A stretch of 64,000 nt of DNA from an uncultured Alphaproteobacteria bacterium (GTDB taxonomy: Bacteria > Pseudomonadota > Alphaproteobacteria > Acetobacterales > Acetobacteraceae): contig CAVVNM010000014.1 of assembly GCA_963749575.1 (NCBI GenBank), forward strand, positions 79,603-143,602, read 5' to 3'. The notes under the pieces were generated by a model. The model was not told where the DNA came from. It did not search any database and saw only the letters and a program-made list of their open reading frames with translations. Positions 59,957-64,000 of this stretch are shown here, piece by piece. The position numbers and the translations under genes were made by a program. Each line of letters opens with the position of its first letter. The first letter of the stretch is position 1.

Positions 59957-59963
59957 GGTGCGA

Positions 59964-60593
59964 TCAGAGCGAAATGGTGCGTAGTTTCATCGCCTCGTCC
60001 CATAGCTTGTCGCGATCGGTATCGAACACCAGCTTCGGATCCTCCGGTATCGTGAACCAGCCGCCGAGTGCCAGTTCGCCGTCGAGCTGGCCAGCTCCCC
60101 AACCGGCATAGCCGAACGCGACGAGACTCTGCCTGGGACCTTGATGGTGACCGATATCGCGCAGCACCACAGGATTGGCGGTCATCGCAACGCGGCCGTC
60201 GATTTCGACGGTGCCGGCGCGGTGATAGTCGGCGCTGTGCACGATGAAGCCGATCTCCGGCTGCACCGGACCGCCGGCGAACACGCGCACGCTCCCCTGG
60301 CTGCCCTTGCTGTCGAGCCCGAGCGCATCCAGCAGTTTCGCCATCGGCATCTCTTTGAGCGGTCGGTTGATCACGATCCCCAACGCGCCGTCCTGGTTGT
60401 GTTGAACGATCAGGATGACCGTGTGTCGGAAGCGCGGATCACTCATGTCGGGGGTGGCAGCCAGAAGCTGGCCGGCGAGCGATCCGCCTGGCTGGGCGTC
60501 CTCGGGTTTCCCCAGCGCGACGTTGAACAGCAGCGGCGACACCAGCAGGACGCCGGACCACAGCACGACACGCCTGGACCGCATGAGCGCCAT
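59964..60593 (-). CDS. YqgE/AlgH family protein
   Basis: Start MALMRSRR (frame-checked). Conserved LLAATPDMSDPRFRHTVILIVQH...GALGIVINRP...GGPV...GYAGWGAGQL. Confidence 0.85.
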   Translation of the reverse strand: MALMRSRRVVLWSGVLLVSPLLFNVALGKPEDAQPGGSLAGQLLAATPDMSDPRFRHTVILIVQHNQDGALGIVINRPLKEMPMAKLLDALGLDSKGSQGSVRVFAGGPVQPEIGFIVHSADYHRAGTVEIDGRVAMTANPVVLRDIGHHQGPRQSLVAFGYAGWGAGQLDGELALGGWFTIPEDPKLVFDTDRDKLWDEAMKLRTISL

Positions 60594-60658
60594 TGCCCGA
60601 TATCCTGCCGCGATGAACGCGCGCGCGCAAACCGGTCCTGGGTTGGCCCGGCAGGCGG

Positions 60659-61522
60659 TCAGCGCGGTACCACGTTGCGGTAGAGATGCCAGGTCGCGTG
60701 CCCGAGTACCGGCAGGACGACCACCAGGCCGACGAACAACGGCAGCGACCCGAGCACCAGGGCGCAGGCTACGATCAGGCCCCATAGCGCCATGACGCCC
60801 GGGTTGGCCGCCACCGCGCGCACCGACGTCGATACCGCGATACCGATCCCGACATTGCGGTCGAGCAGCAGCGGGAAGGACACGACGCTGATCGCGAGCG
60901 CCAGCAGCGCGAACAGGAAACCGACGCCGATGCCGACGACGATCATCGTCCAGCCGGCCTGGGTGGTGAACACATCGCTGAGGAAGCTCGCGACGGAGGC
61001 CGGGGGCAGCGGGCCGAGCGTGGCGACGTAGATGATCTGCGCCACCACCAGCCATAGCAGGAACAGCGCGATCAGCATCAGGCCGAGCAACATGATCGAG
61101 CCGATCGACGGAGCGCGGAGGACACCGAACGCATCCACCCAGCGCACGTCGCTGCCTTGCTCGCGGCGCCGGCTGATTTCGTTCAGCCCAACGGCAGCGA
61201 ACGGACCGATCAGCGCGAAGCCGGATGCCAGCGGGAACAGCAGCGGGAGCAACCCATGGCCGGACGCCAGCCGGGCCAGGACCAAACCGATCGCCGGGTA
61301 GATGACGCATAGGAAGATGACGTCGGTGCGGTTGGCCTCGAAGTCGGCAAGGCCGCGCGCGAGCGCATTCCAAAGATCGCCGGGGCCGATGCGACGCACG
61401 GCGGGCGGCGCTTCCGCGGCGGCGCCCTGGTGCCAGTATTCTTCCGGTTTGGCGGCGCCGATCTCGTGCACCGCGAGGCGGATCTGATCCCAGCCCCAAC
61501 CGGGCGGACTTTGGATGACCAT
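60659..61522 (-). CDS. DUF2189-type integral membrane protein
   Basis: 287 aa. Several TM helices after a soluble N-terminus (GPGDLWNALARGLADF...). Confidence 0.6.
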   Translation of the reverse strand: MVIQSPPGWGWDQIRLAVHEIGAAKPEEYWHQGAAAEAPPAVRRIGPGDLWNALARGLADFEANRTDVIFLCVIYPAIGLVLARLASGHGLLPLLFPLASGFALIGPFAAVGLNEISRRREQGSDVRWVDAFGVLRAPSIGSIMLLGLMLIALFLLWLVVAQIIYVATLGPLPPASVASFLSDVFTTQAGWTMIVVGIGVGFLFALLALAISVVSFPLLLDRNVGIGIAVSTSVRAVAANPGVMALWGLIVACALVLGSLPLFVGLVVVLPVLGHATWHLYRNVVPR

Positions 61523-61641
61523 GCTTGTTCCTCCCCGACCATCGGTCAGGGAGCGGCAGCCCTCAGAGAGCCACGGCTCCCCGTGGGGGAACGATACGCT
61601 CAGGTCTGCCGGGGAAGCATCACAAAATGGCGACCGGCCGG

Positions 61642-62928
61642 TCAGCGCCCGACCGCTGCCACCGTGCGCGGATCGGCAGCCGGAACGGAAATCGCTCCGC
61701 CCCGGTCGGAGGCGAAGGTGCTGGGCTCCTGCACGCCGCGCCTGCCGAATGACTCGACCACCGGAACATCGGCCGGATCGATCGGCTGCATGCGCGGCTT
61801 GCGCGCCAGCGCCTGCTCGATGAACGGCGCCAACTCGGCTTGCTTCTGTCGCGCGCGCACTGCATCCCGCGCCTTGAACTCCGGCAGCAGCTTCGCTGCG
61901 AACAGCTCGAGCGAATCGCAGATATGCTCGTGTTTGTTGGTGCCGGACTGCTGCACGAAGATCACCTGATCGACACCGGCGGCCTCGTAACCCTTCAGAT
62001 GCGCGCGCAGCTGGTCAGGCGTGCCGATGCCGCCGCGACCTGCGTTGTCCGGCAGCCGGTCCTTCACCTCCAGGAACTGTTCCCACATGTTGGTGACGCC
62101 GGGCTGATGTTTGCCGAAGATGGCGATATAGCCGAGCGAGTAGCCGAAGAAACGGAAGCCATCGAGGCCGCGGCGGATCGCTTCCTGCTCGTCGGTGTGG
62201 CACGACATGCCGGTGACCAGCGCGATATTCGGATTGACGCTGTGGCCGATCGGCACGCAGTCCGGCGACTTGATGATGTCGTAGTATTCCTGCACCCATT
62301 TCGCCGCCAGTTCCGGTTCCAGGAACGCGAAGGTCAGCGCGCCCAGGCCGGCACGCGCGGCGCGATGGATGGTCTCGCGCTTGGAGCACGCCACCCACAT
62401 CGGCGGATGCGGCTTCTGCACCGACTTCGGCACCAGATTGCGGCATGGCATGTCGAAGTAAGTGCCGCGGAAGCCTGGATACGGCCGCATCGCCAGCATG
62501 TTGGCGGCCTGCTCGGTCGCCTCGCGCCACATCGCGCTCTTTTCTTCGGGCGTGATGTTGAAGCCTTCCATCTCCAGCGCGGTGGCGGATTCACCGGTGC
62601 CCCAGTCGGCGCGGCCGTTCGACACCAGATCCAGGGTCGCGATTCGCTCCGCCACGCGAGCGGGATGGTTGTATTTCGGCGGCATCAGCACGATGCCATG
62701 CCCCAGCCGGATCCGCTGGGTGCGCTGCGAGCAGGCGGCGAGGAAGATCTCCGGTGCGGAGGAATGCGAGTACTCCTCCAGGAAGTGGTGCTCGACCTCC
62801 CACACGTAGTCGATGCCGAGTTTGTCGCCGAGTTCGACCTGTGCCAGCGCTTCCTGGTACAGCCGGCGTTCGGAATCCTCGCCCCAGGGCTGCGGCAACT
62901 GGTGTTCGTAGAACATGCCGAATTGCAT
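61642..62928 (-). CDS. LLM-class flavin-dependent oxidoreductase
   Basis: Start MQFGMFYEHQLPQPW (frame-checked), 428 aa. Luciferase-like sequence (VWEVEHHFLEEYSHSSAP, LDLVSNGR). Confidence 0.8.
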   Translation of the reverse strand: MQFGMFYEHQLPQPWGEDSERRLYQEALAQVELGDKLGIDYVWEVEHHFLEEYSHSSAPEIFLAACSQRTQRIRLGHGIVLMPPKYNHPARVAERIATLDLVSNGRADWGTGESATALEMEGFNITPEEKSAMWREATEQAANMLAMRPYPGFRGTYFDMPCRNLVPKSVQKPHPPMWVACSKRETIHRAARAGLGALTFAFLEPELAAKWVQEYYDIIKSPDCVPIGHSVNPNIALVTGMSCHTDEQEAIRRGLDGFRFFGYSLGYIAIFGKHQPGVTNMWEQFLEVKDRLPDNAGRGGIGTPDQLRAHLKGYEAAGVDQVIFVQQSGTNKHEHICDSLELFAAKLLPEFKARDAVRARQKQAELAPFIEQALARKPRMQPIDPADVPVVESFGRRGVQEPSTFASDRGGAISVPAADPRTVAAVGR

Positions 62929-62942
62929 TGTGGTTCCCCTTG

Positions 62943-64000
62943 TCAGCCGCGGCCGGGTGCGATGAATTCCCACGGCGCGTATTCCTGGGTGATGTCGGTC
63001 ATCACCTCGATCAGCGCCGGCGAGTTCGCTGCCAGCGCCTCGCGCAGCGCGCCGCGCAGGCCGTCGGCGTCGTTGGCGCGCCAGGACGGCACGCCGAAAC
63101 TCTTCGCGTAGACCTGGAAGTCCGGGTTGCGCAGCTTCGAGCCGGCATCACGGCCCTCGAACAGCCGGCGCTGATCGCGCAGCACGTTGCCGTACGACGA
63201 GTTGTTGAACAGCACGGTCACCAGGTTGATGCCGAACTGCATCGCGGTCGCGAGTTCGGCGCCGCCGAACAGGAAGCCGCCGTCGCCGGTCAGCGCCACC
63301 ACCGGCCGGTCCGGCATCGCCACCTTGACGCCGAGCGCGGTCGGGAAGCCGGCGCCGAGCGTGCCGGAGAAACCCGACGTGATCAGCGTGCGCGGCGAGT
63401 GGATCGGGAAGCCGAACCAGGACACGTAGCCGGCCTGGGTCATCTCGTCGCACAGGATGCCGTTCTCCGGCAGCACGTCGCGGATCGCCTCGAGGAACGA
63501 CATCTGCGGCTGCACCTTCTGGATGGTCTGCGCGGTCTCCGCCTTGGCGCGCGCGATCGCCTCGGCGCGCGCGCCATCGTTGCGTGGCGCGACCACCGCC
63601 GCGAGCGCACGCGCGGCATCGGCGCTGTCGGCGACGATCGGCACATCGGCCTTCAGTCGCCGCATCTCGACCGGATCGATATCGATGCGCGCGACCTTCA
63701 GTCCGGCAGGTGCGGCGCCCCAGCGCGACATCGGCACTTCCAGCCGCGTGCCGAACGCGACCAGCAGATCGGTCTGCGGCCACAGCTTGTACGCCGACGC
63801 GATGGTGAGGCCGAGCGGATGGCGGTCATCGACGATGCCGCGTCCGCTGCGGAACGACACGACGGGCGCGTTGATGCGTTCCGCCAGCGCGCGGATCTCG
63901 GCTGCTGCGTGCAGCGCGCCGCCGCCGACCCACAGCATCGGCGCCTTCGCCTCATTCAGCAGTTTCGTCAGCGCGGCGATCCGGTCGGGATCAGGCAGCG
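62943..64000 (-). CDS. Thiamine pyrophosphate-binding enzyme (acetolactate synthase large-subunit-like), C-terminal part; 5' end outside window
   Basis: The frame stays open to the window edge. Central and TPP-binding domains (GTLGAGFPTALG, LTGDGGFLF...NNSSYG). Confidence 0.8.
   Translation of the reverse strand, partial: LPDPDRIAALTKLLNEAKAPMLWVGGGALHAAAEIRALAERINAPVVSFRSGRGIVDDRHPLGLTIASAYKLWPQTDLLVAFGTRLEVPMSRWGAAPAGLKVARIDIDPVEMRRLKADVPIVADSADAARALAAVVAPRNDGARAEAIARAKAETAQTIQKVQPQMSFLEAIRDVLPENGILCDEMTQAGYVSWFGFPIHSPRTLITSGFSGTLGAGFPTALGVKVAMPDRPVVALTGDGGFLFGGAELATAMQFGINLVTVLFNNSSYGNVLRDQRRLFEGRDAGSKLRNPDFQVYAKSFGVPSWRANDADGLRGALREALAANSPALIEVMTDITQEYAPWEFIAPGRG

Overview
High-GC bacterial chromosomal segment. 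Gene content and REP-like palindromes look alphaproteobacterial, of the kind common in Bradyrhizobiaceae/Nitrobacteraceae; this is a guess from sequence style only. I call about 60 protein-coding genes or gene remnants and one tRNA. I see no rRNA, no CRISPR array, and no transposase or integrase.

Most of the window is housekeeping, transport and accessory redox metabolism:
- gabD (partial), tyrS and anmK.
- A cysE / Rrf2 regulator / two cysteine desulfurases / ferredoxin / mnmA cluster.
- Two branched-chain amino-acid-type (HAAT) ABC transporter clusters.
- One peptide/nickel-type ABC locus with two tandem binding-protein paralogs.
- Four luciferase-like (LLM) oxidoreductases, two pirins, a LysR regulator, a GST, a CoA-transferase, and a lone xanthine-dehydrogenase-family Mo subunit.

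The most unusual region is 24.8-28.7 kb. tRNA-Met(CAT) is followed by a ~3.8 kb islet that ends in a second, 30/32-identical copy of the tRNA 3' end. The islet carries only a decayed fitAB/vapBC-type toxin-antitoxin pair and a 937-codon ORF built from five nearly identical 156-aa (468-bp) tandem units that I cannot assign to any family.

A second pervasive feature is about 20 single-base indels, mostly apparent extra bases. They break otherwise well-conserved genes, including essential ones (tyrS, iscS). This points to consensus or assembly error more than real decay, except possibly in one heavily hit ABC operon. All coordinates of indels, hairpins and repeats were worked out by eye and may be off by a base or two.
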